From assembly GCA_036525085.1 (NCBI GenBank), contig DATDBB010000451.1, forward strand, positions 1-59,318: 59,318 bases of DNA, given 5' to 3'. Made by a program: the position numbers and the translations under genes. Of the stretch, positions 27,044-36,195 are shown in pieces. The first letter of the stretch is position 1; each line of letters opens with the position of its first letter. The notes beneath the pieces are model-generated. The model did not search any database and had not been told where the DNA came from. It was given only the letters and a program-made list of their open reading frames with translations. The DNA is from Bosea sp. (in: a-proteobacteria) (GTDB lineage: Bacteria; Pseudomonadota; Alphaproteobacteria; Rhizobiales; Beijerinckiaceae).

Positions 27044-28054
27044 CTAACGTCCGCGGGCCTCGACCGGCGAGACCGCCCTTGCAGGCAGCCGCACGCGCTG
27101 AAGCAGCGGAGAAATCCTGGTCAGGTCCTTTTGCAGCGCCACGATCGTCGCGCGGTCATAGGCATTGGCCTGGGCGCGCAGGTTGGTGATGCCGCCGGCC
27201 ACGTCGATCACGAAGGCCCCGTATGTCTGGTAGGCGCGAAAAACCTTCTGTCCGAGAGGCGAGAGCCGCGGCGGCATCGTCATGCTCGCCGGAATGGCCA
27301 GGCGTTCGCCCTCCTGGACCAGGCCATCCGGATTCTGACCATCGCCGTTGATCGCCTGGCCGGTGCGGCCCGGCTTCGCATAGGCGGCATCGACCGCGAT
27401 TTGCAAGGCGTGGGCAATGTCGCCGCGGTCCGTCTCCGCCTGCACCAGCAGTCCGGCAAGCTGGCTCGAGCCGGCCGCCACGATGCCCGCTCCCAGGAAT
27501 GGGAATTCGCGCCCCCAGCCGTCGCCCGTCACGAGGTTCGTCACGGCATAGGCTTGCGCCGTGGCCTTCTCGGCGCCCAGCCGTTTGAACTGCCAGAAAT
27601 TGTGGACGATGTTGCCGTCGATCACCAGCAACTCGCCATCGGTTCCGGTTGCGCCGTCGGCCTCTGCCGGCATGCGGAGCTTGAGGACGCCCGCGGGCCG
27701 GCCCCAGCCTTCCGGATGCTCGACGGAAACGACCGGGTCTGAAGGGGCGGTCACGTGAATGGCAGGGGAATAGGTGTTCCAGGCGACGCCGAAGAGGGCG
27801 CCCGGAGGCCAGGCGATCTTCTCGAACATCGCATTCGACGGGATGGGCGTGTTCCAGGACGAGTTGGCCGCGAAGGGCCGCTCTCCGAGCGTGAAGCGAT
27901 GAGGCGCGGTGTCGTCAGCGGCCCTCGGGGCGTCATTCGCCGAGGCCGGCGGGCACCATCCCATGACGACCGTGAGCGCCAATGCGAGGACGAGCGAGCC
28001 CAGCGCCGAGGGGGGCGGGGCAGAAGGGTGTGGCTGTGCAAGGTGCGATCTCAT
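27044..28054 (-). CDS. Exported hypothetical protein, stand-alone paralog of the passenger's N-terminal domain
   Basis: Hydrophobic signal ending PPASA; shares RPFA..SSWNTP, PEGWG, GTDGEL, NFWQFKR, TGDGWG, GDI.HALQ, YGA.V.DVA with 24652..26661; start could be up to 28123. Confidence 0.85.
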   Translation of the reverse strand: MRSHLAQPHPSAPPPSALGSLVLALALTVVMGWCPPASANDAPRAADDTAPHRFTLGERPFAANSSWNTPIPSNAMFEKIAWPPGALFGVAWNTYSPAIHVTAPSDPVVSVEHPEGWGRPAGVLKLRMPAEADGATGTDGELLVIDGNIVHNFWQFKRLGAEKATAQAYAVTNLVTGDGWGREFPFLGAGIVAAGSSQLAGLLVQAETDRGDIAHALQIAVDAAYAKPGRTGQAINGDGQNPDGLVQEGERLAIPASMTMPPRLSPLGQKVFRAYQTYGAFVIDVAGGITNLRAQANAYDRATIVALQKDLTRISPLLQRVRLPARAVSPVEARGR

Positions 28055-28130
28055 CCGAGCGATTGTCCCAAGCGAGTCTGCCGCAATGTAAATCCAGGAG
28101 CGCGAGGCTGTGCCTGGCCGCACCCCGCCT

Positions 28131-29321
28131 TCATCGCTGCGTCCGGACCCAGTCCACCTGGCGGTGGAGGAAAAAGCGGACGAAGGAGGCGATCCTGAGC
28201 AGGCAATAGGCTGGCCCCGCCGCCAGTTCGCGCCAGGAAATGATGTCCCGCCCGAAACGCCACCAAGCCACGCCGATGGCGGCTACGAAGCAGGCCAGCA
28301 CGCTGGAGGAGACGAGGAGCGGGGCTGCGGCGCCTGTCGCGGCGAACCAGGCGAGGCCCAGGCCCTCCATCAGCAGCAGAGACATCGCCAGCATCGTCAG
28401 CGGCGGAACGCACAGGTCGAGTGTGAAGGCGAAGAGGTGCAGGCTGCGTTGCGAGATCGCGCGCCTGAGCAGCGGCCCAAAGAACTCCCCGATGAGCGCG
28501 AGGTGTCCATGCTCCCATCGCGTGCGTTGCTGGCGCTTGCCGGCTTCGCCCTGGGGAAGCTGGCTGACGATCTGCGCCTCCGGGCAGAACAGCGGCGCTT
28601 TGCCCGCAAGCGCAAGCTCGGCGCCGAATTTCTGGTCTTCCGCCAGATGGCTGGTCGCCAGATCGAGCCGATCGGCGAGGTCGAAGGGGAGCGCCATCCC
28701 CGAGCCCATCAACTGGCATGGCCAGCCGAGACGAGCGGAGCCCAGCGGTCGCACGAAGGTCCTGATCGTCCAGGCCAGCCGCGAAACCTTGTCGGCCGGG
28801 CCGGGCGACGGCGGGGGCAGCATGGCGTAGCGCGCCTGGGCCGGACGCCCCGTCGCGACGCAGCGCCGCGCCAGAAGCTCGAGCGCACAGGGCATCGCTT
28901 CGCAATCGGCGTCGATGATGATCACGACCTGCGGCGGGTCGGAACCGAGCGACCGTACCCCATGAGCCAGCGCATGGCCTTTCCCGAGGTGCGTCATCTC
29001 GTGACGGATGGCGACGTCGGCCCCTGCGTCCGACGCGATCCGGGCGGTGCCGTCGGAGCAGTTGTCGGCCACGACCAGCAGCCGTCCGGTGGGGGGCAAC
29101 TGGGGCATGATCGAAGCGATGCTTCGCGCGATGATCGCTTCCTCGTCATGGGCGGGCATGACCACGGTGAAGCGGGGGCAGGGAGCAGAGCGGAGCGATC
29201 CGGATCGTCGCGCGGGGAGGAGCGCCGCGCCGGCCTGTATGGCGAGAAAGGCGACCGGGACCGCGGTCAGGAGGCCGAGAACCGACAGGGCAAAGGTGAT
29301 TGTGCCGATCACGACCATCAT
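28131..29321 (-). CDS. Glycosyltransferase family 2 (membrane-associated)
   Basis: VVMPAHDE, VADNCSD, GKGHAL, IDAD, AEDQ, QRTRW. Confidence 0.92.
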   Translation of the reverse strand: MMVVIGTITFALSVLGLLTAVPVAFLAIQAGAALLPARRSGSLRSAPCPRFTVVMPAHDEEAIIARSIASIMPQLPPTGRLLVVADNCSDGTARIASDAGADVAIRHEMTHLGKGHALAHGVRSLGSDPPQVVIIIDADCEAMPCALELLARRCVATGRPAQARYAMLPPPSPGPADKVSRLAWTIRTFVRPLGSARLGWPCQLMGSGMALPFDLADRLDLATSHLAEDQKFGAELALAGKAPLFCPEAQIVSQLPQGEAGKRQQRTRWEHGHLALIGEFFGPLLRRAISQRSLHLFAFTLDLCVPPLTMLAMSLLLMEGLGLAWFAATGAAAPLLVSSSVLACFVAAIGVAWWRFGRDIISWRELAAGPAYCLLRIASFVRFFLHRQVDWVRTQR

Positions 29322-29540
29322 GATGAACCCGGCCCTTGCACCCGCGTCGACGATCGCGCCGTGGTGCCCTGTTGGAAGCGCAGCCTGGAGAGCTAACGGT
29401 CGAACGACTTCATCGGTTCGCGGCGAGGCTCCATCGCTCGATCATGTCCCGGAGCGTCGTGCGGCAGGTCGCACTTCGTCCCGGCTCCGATGGCCTCGCC
29501 GCCGATGCTCCCGATGAAACAACCCTTCGGAGAGCCATCG

Positions 29541-30425
29541 CTACCTGTTGTACATGTCGGGTATCGCAACCGGGATCTTGCCGCCGCCGCTCTGCAGATC
29601 CTCGGCGATGGCTCCGAAAACGAGCCAGGAATCGACGAAGTAGCGGCGGAACATGCGCCTCGGTTGCAGCGCAAAGCGCCAGAACCACTCGAGCCCCACC
29701 TTCTGCATCCAGCCTGGTGCCCGGCGCTGGGTGCCCGCATGGAAATCCAGGGCGGCACCAACGGCCAGGCCGTACGCGTCGCCGAGTACGGCCCGGTGAC
29801 GATCGATCCAGATTTCGGATTTGGGGGCTCCGACGCCAAAGAATATGTGTGTCGGCCGCAGCGCTGCAATCTGATGTTCCAGGGCGAGGCTGGCGACGGG
29901 GTCCGCCTCGAAGCCGAATTCCGGCACACGGATGCCGATCTGCGCATCGTCGAAGCCCGCCGCAAGCAAACGCTCACGCAGAATATTGGCCGTGATCTGA
30001 TTTGACGGGACGAAGAAGGGCCTGTGGACCCCTGGCTTGAGCCCGTCGAAGACGACCGGAAACAGGCTGGCTCCCGTCACGCGGGACTTGGTGCCAATTC
30101 TTCGCAGACGAGCATAGATCAAAATCGGCATACCATCGATCGTGACCTTCCAGGCGCTCCTGTAGGCCTGCCTGAAATCTGCATTGCGCCGCAGGTTGAC
30201 GACGTGATCGACATTCAGTGTCGCCAATAATCGGATGCCTGCGCCGTTCGGGACAGGAGAGGTGCAAATCTCGCGAGCAATGTCGTCAATCGACTCGCAG
30301 CTGAACTGAAGGCCGAACATTGGCCTGGACGGCGACTGGGACGCGATTTCAGCACGTCGCGGTCCCTCGCGCTGCTGGTGGAAAAAGTTGAATGTCGTCC
30401 CGAACTGTATTTGAGTTAGCTTCAT
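29541..30425 (-). CDS. WecB/TagA/CpsF family glycosyltransferase
   Basis: TLNVDH, DGMP, RVTGA.L, GVGAPKSE, VGAALDF.AG..RRAP.WMQ..GLEW. Confidence 0.92.
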   Translation of the reverse strand: MKLTQIQFGTTFNFFHQQREGPRRAEIASQSPSRPMFGLQFSCESIDDIAREICTSPVPNGAGIRLLATLNVDHVVNLRRNADFRQAYRSAWKVTIDGMPILIYARLRRIGTKSRVTGASLFPVVFDGLKPGVHRPFFVPSNQITANILRERLLAAGFDDAQIGIRVPEFGFEADPVASLALEHQIAALRPTHIFFGVGAPKSEIWIDRHRAVLGDAYGLAVGAALDFHAGTQRRAPGWMQKVGLEWFWRFALQPRRMFRRYFVDSWLVFGAIAEDLQSGGGKIPVAIPDMYNR

Positions 30426-30530
30426 TTTATTTTCTCCCTCAAATAATATTATTATTGTAAATCTACATACTCTGAAATCTATTGGGATTTATTGGTAGTA
30501 ATGCTTATTTATACGAAGCAATCGAGGTCT
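30426..30530. promoter_or_regulatory. AT-rich divergent promoter region
   Basis: aaataatattattattgtaaat etc. between the divergent WecB-like and priming transferase genes. Confidence 0.5.
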
Positions 30531-30683
30531 ATACGGCGCGGTCGAGCCGGCCTGAAGCAACGGAATTCTCGTCCGCAAGAGCGGGCAAATGCGCAACCGG
30601 TTGCGCATTTAACGTTGCAGGTCGCTCACGCAGCGCGCGCCTACGAAAAAAGGACGAACGCTTTCGCGTGCGAAGAACCTGCG

Positions 30684-32189
30684 ATGTCTATCCGCATTGA
30701 ATCCATGCTGATTGCGCAATTGTCTGGCGAGCCAATGTCAACGAATGCTGTTCCTCATCGGGTCGGACATCGCTCCGCAACTGTTCCCAATTATGGGACG
30801 CAGGCTTTGTGGACCGTCATCGTCGCATCTGTAGAGTTGATCGTCGTCGCCATCTGCGCTTATGGCGCATTCATCGCGTATTCGGCGGCCGTCTACGGCG
30901 TGATCTTCTTTCGGATCGACTATCTCCTGGCGTCCGTCGCGGCCGGCGTTCTGTATCTCGCCTTGTGCATCGCCGACAACCAGTACGACCTGCTCGGCCC
31001 GGAGTGGAACGGGCATAGCCATTCGCGGGGCAGTGCCGCGATCGCTCTGTCCTGTGTGCTTCTGCTGACGCTCGGCTATGTGACGAACAGCCTCGGCGGC
31101 TATTCCCGCGGCACCTTCCTGGCGCAGCTGGCGGCGACGCTGCTGGGCCAGATCGCCATCAGGGCGGTGCTCTGGCAGGTCATCGATCATGTCCGTGCGC
31201 GCGGGCAATGGCGCCGCGAAAGCATGGTCGTCCTGATCATGCCCGGCGCACAGGGCGTTGGTGCGGTGCGCGCGCGGCTTGCGGCGCGGCACGAGCATAT
31301 CCTGCGCTGGTACGACTTCCCCTCGGCGCACGATCAGGACGAAGGGAGTGCCTCTTTGGAGGTACAACTTTCAGCGATACGTCGCGAATGCAGGGAACTG
31401 CCCATCGATGCCGTGCTGATCCTGTTCGGCTCGGACAACATGGCGGTGGTGTCGAATGCCGTGGGGGCTCTGTCGGAGCTCCCCGTCAGGATCCAGCTCC
31501 TGCCGGTCGAGCTCGCCGAACTCATGCGGCACAGCCGCATCGGGAGCTATGGTCACCTGCAGGTGCTCGAATTGTACTGCGGCCCGTGCTCGCTGCGGGA
31601 CAGGTTCCTCAAGCGGAGCTTCGACCTCGTGGTCGCCTCCTCGCTGCTGGCCGTTCTGTGGCCGCTGTTGCTGGCCGTCGCCGCCTTCATCAAGCTCGAT
31701 ACGCGCGGGCCGGTGCTGTTCAGGCAGACACGCCTCGGCTTCAACAACGAGCCGATCCAGGTTCTCAAGTTCCGCAGCATGACGACCTTCGACGATGCGC
31801 GCGACGCGTTCCGCCAGGCCGTCCGCAACGATCCGCGCGTCACACGCGTCGGGCGAATTCTGCGACGGACCAATATCGACGAACTACCTCAACTGGTGAA
31901 TGTCCTTAAGGGCGAGATGTCGCTGGTCGGGCCGCGGCCCCATGCCGTCGCGCATAACCAGATGTTCGCGGAGCAGATCACCCGGATGTTCCGCCGGCAC
32001 AACGTCAAGCCGGGGATCACGGGCTGGGCACAGGTCAACGGCTTTCGGGGCGAGACGGATACCTTCGAGAAGATGCAGAAGCGGATCGAGTACGATCTGC
32101 ATTATGTCGACAACTGGTCGTTCTTCTTCGATCTGAAGATCATGGTCATGACCCTTGTGTCGAAGCGGGCTCATATCGATGCCTATTGA
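30684..32189 (+). CDS. Undecaprenyl-phosphate sugar phosphotransferase (WcaJ-like priming transferase)
   Basis: KRSFDL, GPVLFRQ.R.G, KFRSM, DPRVTRVG, DELPQL, MSLVGPRP, KPGITGWAQV; start uncertain (30684/30705/30735). Confidence 0.93.
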   Translation: MSIRIESMLIAQLSGEPMSTNAVPHRVGHRSATVPNYGTQALWTVIVASVELIVVAICAYGAFIAYSAAVYGVIFFRIDYLLASVAAGVLYLALCIADNQYDLLGPEWNGHSHSRGSAAIALSCVLLLTLGYVTNSLGGYSRGTFLAQLAATLLGQIAIRAVLWQVIDHVRARGQWRRESMVVLIMPGAQGVGAVRARLAARHEHILRWYDFPSAHDQDEGSASLEVQLSAIRRECRELPIDAVLILFGSDNMAVVSNAVGALSELPVRIQLLPVELAELMRHSRIGSYGHLQVLELYCGPCSLRDRFLKRSFDLVVASSLLAVLWPLLLAVAAFIKLDTRGPVLFRQTRLGFNNEPIQVLKFRSMTTFDDARDAFRQAVRNDPRVTRVGRILRRTNIDELPQLVNVLKGEMSLVGPRPHAVAHNQMFAEQITRMFRRHNVKPGITGWAQVNGFRGETDTFEKMQKRIEYDLHYVDNWSFFFDLKIMVMTLVSKRAHIDAY

Positions 32190-32205
32190 GCAAGGGAACG
32201 CATCG

Positions 32206-33552
32206 ATGCGAGTCTGCTACTTCGTATCCGAATACCCCACCGTTTCTCACACCTTCATCCGGCGCGAGATCGTCGAACTCGAGCGGAACGGCTTTTCCGT
32301 TCTGCGCGTGTCGCTGCGGAACAGCGACCGCAAGCTGGTCGATCCGGACGATATCCGCGAGAGGGCTCGCACGCGCTACATTCTCGACGGCAGGATCGTC
32401 CCCTTGGCCACGGCCCTGGCCGGGGCCCTGTTGCAAAGGCCGCTAGCCCTGGCGAAGGCCACGATTGCGGCGATCGGCATGATGCGGCGCTCGAGCCGCC
32501 CGGCGCTGCTCCACCTGGCCTATCTCGCGGAAGCGCTCGTTCTCGCGCTATGGGTGCTGGAACAGCACGTCCTCCACATCCATGCGCATTTCGGAACGAA
32601 TGGCGCGGAGGTGGCGATGCTCTGCCATATCCTGACCGACGTTCCCTATAGCTTCACCGTGCATGGGCCCGATGAATTCGACAGGCCCGAATATCTCGGC
32701 CTGCCGACCAAGGTGCACCATGCCGCCTTTGTCTGCGTCGTGAGTTCGTTCACTGGCAGCCAGCTCCGCCGCTGGGTTCCGCCAGAGGAGTGGGGGAAGA
32801 TCAAGCTGGTCCGATGCGGGCTGGACGCCGATTTCCTGAAAGCGCGGCCGTCCAGGACCGTGCCGAAAACCCGTCTCGTGACCGTCGGCCGGCTCAGCGA
32901 GCAAAAGGGACAGCTGGTCCTGCTGCACGCGCTTGCCGTGCTCGCGCGCGAGGGCGTACCGTTCAAGCTGCTCATGGTCGGAGACGGCCCGCTGCGGCCA
33001 CTGCTGGAGCGGAGCATCCGGGAACTGGGGCTGGAGCAGCACGTCGAACTGGCGGGCTGGATGAGCAACGCTCAGGTCCGGGCCGCGATCGGCGAGGCGA
33101 GGGCGCTGGTGCTGCCGAGCTTCGCAGAGGGGCTGCCGGTCGTCCTGATGGAGGCCCTCGCGCTCGCTCGCCCGGTCGTCACGACCTATGTTGCAGGCAT
33201 TCCCGAGCTGGTCACGGACGGGGCCTGTGGCTGGTTGGTTCCGGCCGGAAGTATCGAGCAGCTCGCTGGCGCCATCCGGCAATGCCTGGAGGCGCCCGAT
33301 GCCCTGATCCAGAGCATGGGGGAGGCGGGACGGAAACGGGTGCGGGAGCAGCATGACATCGTGCGCGAATGCGGCAAGCTGGCCAGCCTGTTCAGGGCGC
33401 AGAGACATGACCGGCAGGCATCGGCCGAGGGCCTGGAACGGAACGAGGAGGCTGCCCGCGGGGGCAAAGCGCTGTTCGCCGATGGTCGCGGCGGCAGGAT
33501 GGGGGAAGCAGTCGCCCTTCGGTCCATGCATTCGGGCCGGGTGAGGGAATGA
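32206..33552 (+). CDS. Glycosyltransferase family 4 (WcaL-like)
   Basis: YP.VSHTFIRRE, HIHAHF, VGRLSEQKG, PSFAEGLPVVLMEA. Confidence 0.92.
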   Translation: MRVCYFVSEYPTVSHTFIRREIVELERNGFSVLRVSLRNSDRKLVDPDDIRERARTRYILDGRIVPLATALAGALLQRPLALAKATIAAIGMMRRSSRPALLHLAYLAEALVLALWVLEQHVLHIHAHFGTNGAEVAMLCHILTDVPYSFTVHGPDEFDRPEYLGLPTKVHHAAFVCVVSSFTGSQLRRWVPPEEWGKIKLVRCGLDADFLKARPSRTVPKTRLVTVGRLSEQKGQLVLLHALAVLAREGVPFKLLMVGDGPLRPLLERSIRELGLEQHVELAGWMSNAQVRAAIGEARALVLPSFAEGLPVVLMEALALARPVVTTYVAGIPELVTDGACGWLVPAGSIEQLAGAIRQCLEAPDALIQSMGEAGRKRVREQHDIVRECGKLASLFRAQRHDRQASAEGLERNEEAARGGKALFADGRGGRMGEAVALRSMHSGRVRE

Positions 33553-33576
33553 GTGTACTGCCCCGTGACGAGATGA

Positions 33577-34605
33577 ATGAGGAGTGGCCGAGTGGTCGAT
33601 GTCTCCGTCATCGTTCCAACGCACAACCGCCGGCAGATCCTGCCGCAAGCGGTCCAGTCGATCCTGCGCCAGCAGGGCGTCTCGCTCGAACTCATCGTGG
33701 TCAATGACGCCTCGAGCGACGAAACGCGTTCGTGGCTCGATTGGCTCGCCGCAGCCGATCAGAGGGTCAAGGTCGTGCATCACGTGCAGCCGCGCTTCGT
33801 ATCGAGCGCACGCAATGTCGGGATCGCCTGCGCCACGGCGCGATGGGTCGCCTTTTGCGACGACAACGATCTCTGGGCGCCGGACAAGCTGGCGACGCAG
33901 CTCGCGGCGTTGCGCAGTAGCTCTGCGCGGTGGGGCTGTACGGGCGTCGCGGTCGTCGACGAGCACCTCCGGATCATCGGGCATCACCACGTCACGGGCG
34001 GCGATGTGCTGGCCGGCCTGTTGGCGAGCAACGGCATCCCGACGGGCTCCTCGGTGATCGTCGAGCGCCACCTCGTCCGCCAGGTCGGGGGTTTCGACCC
34101 GGCGCTGCGGGGCTCCGAGGACTGGGATCTCTGGATCAGGCTGGCCCAGCATTCGCCGCTGGCCGCGGTCGACCGTCCGCTGATCGCCTATCGTCTTTGC
34201 CGGCAATCGCTGTCCATGAATATCGATCCGATGCGCGCAGGCCGGCTCGCCATCGCAGAGCGTTACGGGGCGCTGGCGGCGGCCCATGGCGTCGAGCACG
34301 ACGGGGCGGGGCATGAGCGCCATCTCGCCGGGCACCTCCTGCGCGCGGGGGCACGCTGGCAGGCCGCCTCGATCTTCGGTGCACTCGCCTTCAGGCACCG
34401 CCGCTGGCGGGAGCTGCCGCGCCTAGCCGCGGCGCTGGTCGCGCCGCGCATGGCCGATCGTGTCGGCCAGGCCCGGGCAGCCGCCGCTGTTCCCGCGTCG
34501 TGGCGCCAGGAGGTCGAGGCCTGGCTGCGGCCGATCCGTGAGGCGAGCCAGGCCGGCGCGCGGCACAGCCGGGCCTGGTTCGGAGCCAGGGAGCTCGAGG
34601 CATGA
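33577..34605 (+). CDS. Glycosyltransferase family 2
   Basis: VSVIVPTHNR, VVNDASSD, ARNVG, FCDDND, GGFD, EDWDLW. Confidence 0.9.
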   Translation: MRSGRVVDVSVIVPTHNRRQILPQAVQSILRQQGVSLELIVVNDASSDETRSWLDWLAAADQRVKVVHHVQPRFVSSARNVGIACATARWVAFCDDNDLWAPDKLATQLAALRSSSARWGCTGVAVVDEHLRIIGHHHVTGGDVLAGLLASNGIPTGSSVIVERHLVRQVGGFDPALRGSEDWDLWIRLAQHSPLAAVDRPLIAYRLCRQSLSMNIDPMRAGRLAIAERYGALAAAHGVEHDGAGHERHLAGHLLRAGARWQAASIFGALAFRHRRWRELPRLAAALVAPRMADRVGQARAAAAVPASWRQEVEAWLRPIREASQAGARHSRAWFGARELEA

Positions 34606-35945
34606 AACGGGCTCCGGGCTCCACAGGCGCAGTGCTTCGCGACGGGCTTGGGCGCGGCGCCGGCCGTGCCTGGCCGACAACCTCCGTGCGAGCGGCGAAC
34701 GCGGAGGCGATCTGGAGCCTTCTGCGCACCACCGTGTTCGCCGTGCTGCTGATCCGGGCGTCGTCCGACCCGATCTTCCAATTGATCGCGGGCGATGCGG
34801 GCGCTGCGTCGATGGGTGTCGGCGCGCTCTTCAACATGCTCGTGATCGCGGTCGCCTTCGCATTTCTCGTGCAGGCGCCTTTGCAGACATCGTTGCCCGG
34901 CATCGCGATATGGGGGCCGTTTGTGCTGATCGCTTTCGGCTCGACGCTCTATGCGCCGGATCTGCGGGCGGCGATGCGGCTCGCCTTCGTCATGCTGTCG
35001 TACTGGGCGTTCTTTGCGATCCCCTTCTTCATGCTGCGTTCTTCACTCGACGTCAGCCGCTTCGTCTTCGTGGTGATCGCATCGTCGATTCCACCCACGC
35101 TCTACGCCTTCGTGGACATCGCGCGCGGGCTCTCCGACCTCGACGAGTTCCGTCTGCAGAGCACGTTCGCGCATGCCAACATCTACGCGTTCTACCTCGT
35201 GCTGGTTCTGGGCCTGGCGCTCTATGTCAGGGCATCGCAGGTCATTCGCGTGACACCGCGCATGCGCATGCTGGTGACGTTGTACATCCCGCTCCTGATC
35301 CTGCTTCTGCTGCTCACCAAGACCCGCAGCGCCTGGGTGGCGTGCGGGCTCATGTTCCTGGTGTACGGTCTCAAGATCGATCGCCGGTTTCTCGCCGGCT
35401 TCCTGCTGGTGCCTTTGCTCTTCCTCGCAAATTCGAGCCTGCTGGACCGCCTGACCGACGTCACCGCCGCGACGGAAGTCGACAGCATCACGCAGCTCAA
35501 CGAAAGCACGCGGCTGAATTCCTATGTCTGGCGGCAGGCGTTGTGGGAGGCCGCCATCCCCCAGGTGCTGGAGCGGCCATGGCTGGGCCACGGTCTCGAA
35601 GCCTTCAAGCCGTCGGCGTCGAGCTTCTTTCCGCTGATCGGTCCGCAAGGCATCGACGGCCATAACCTCTATCTGCAGATCAGCTTCGAGATGGGGCTGC
35701 TCGGCGCTCTCGCGCTCGTCTGGCTGCTCGGAGCGGTGACTTATCGCCTCGCGAGGGGATTGCGGCGCGATCCTCCCGGGCTGCTGATCATCCTGTGCAT
35801 CATGATGGCCTATCTGCTCGAATCCTATTCGGACAACATGCACTTCTACCTGTCGTTCAACTGGTACTTCTGGTTCGTGATGGGCACGATCTATGCCTGG
35901 ATCCGCCGGGAGGAGACCCTCGCGGCTCCGGGCAGGGTGGCCTAG
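34602..35945 (+). CDS. O-antigen ligase/Wzy polymerase family membrane protein
   Basis: Multiple TM segments, RLQSTF.HAN, TKTRSAW, PWLGHG, HNLYLQ...E.GLLG. Confidence 0.88.
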   Translation: MKRAPGSTGAVLRDGLGRGAGRAWPTTSVRAANAEAIWSLLRTTVFAVLLIRASSDPIFQLIAGDAGAASMGVGALFNMLVIAVAFAFLVQAPLQTSLPGIAIWGPFVLIAFGSTLYAPDLRAAMRLAFVMLSYWAFFAIPFFMLRSSLDVSRFVFVVIASSIPPTLYAFVDIARGLSDLDEFRLQSTFAHANIYAFYLVLVLGLALYVRASQVIRVTPRMRMLVTLYIPLLILLLLLTKTRSAWVACGLMFLVYGLKIDRRFLAGFLLVPLLFLANSSLLDRLTDVTAATEVDSITQLNESTRLNSYVWRQALWEAAIPQVLERPWLGHGLEAFKPSASSFFPLIGPQGIDGHNLYLQISFEMGLLGALALVWLLGAVTYRLARGLRRDPPGLLIILCIMMAYLLESYSDNMHFYLSFNWYFWFVMGTIYAWIRREETLAAPGRVA

Positions 35946-36195
35946 CGCCAAGGCCCAGGTCGCGCCGTCATTCCCCCGCGGAAGGTCGAAGCGCGCGGCG
36001 CAGGAACGGGGGCGGATCACCCGGCGTTGGCTCCAAGAAGACCACAGCAGGCGGAGGCGCCGTGTGGAGGGGGCAGGCGCCAGCGATCCGGTCTCAACAG
36101 GGACGCCGCAGCGCCGGCAGGATGCCTCTCTCCATCGGCAAGTCCGTCAAGCCGAACCGGGCGCCGGAGACGGGGTCCATTTCTGATCGAGAGAC

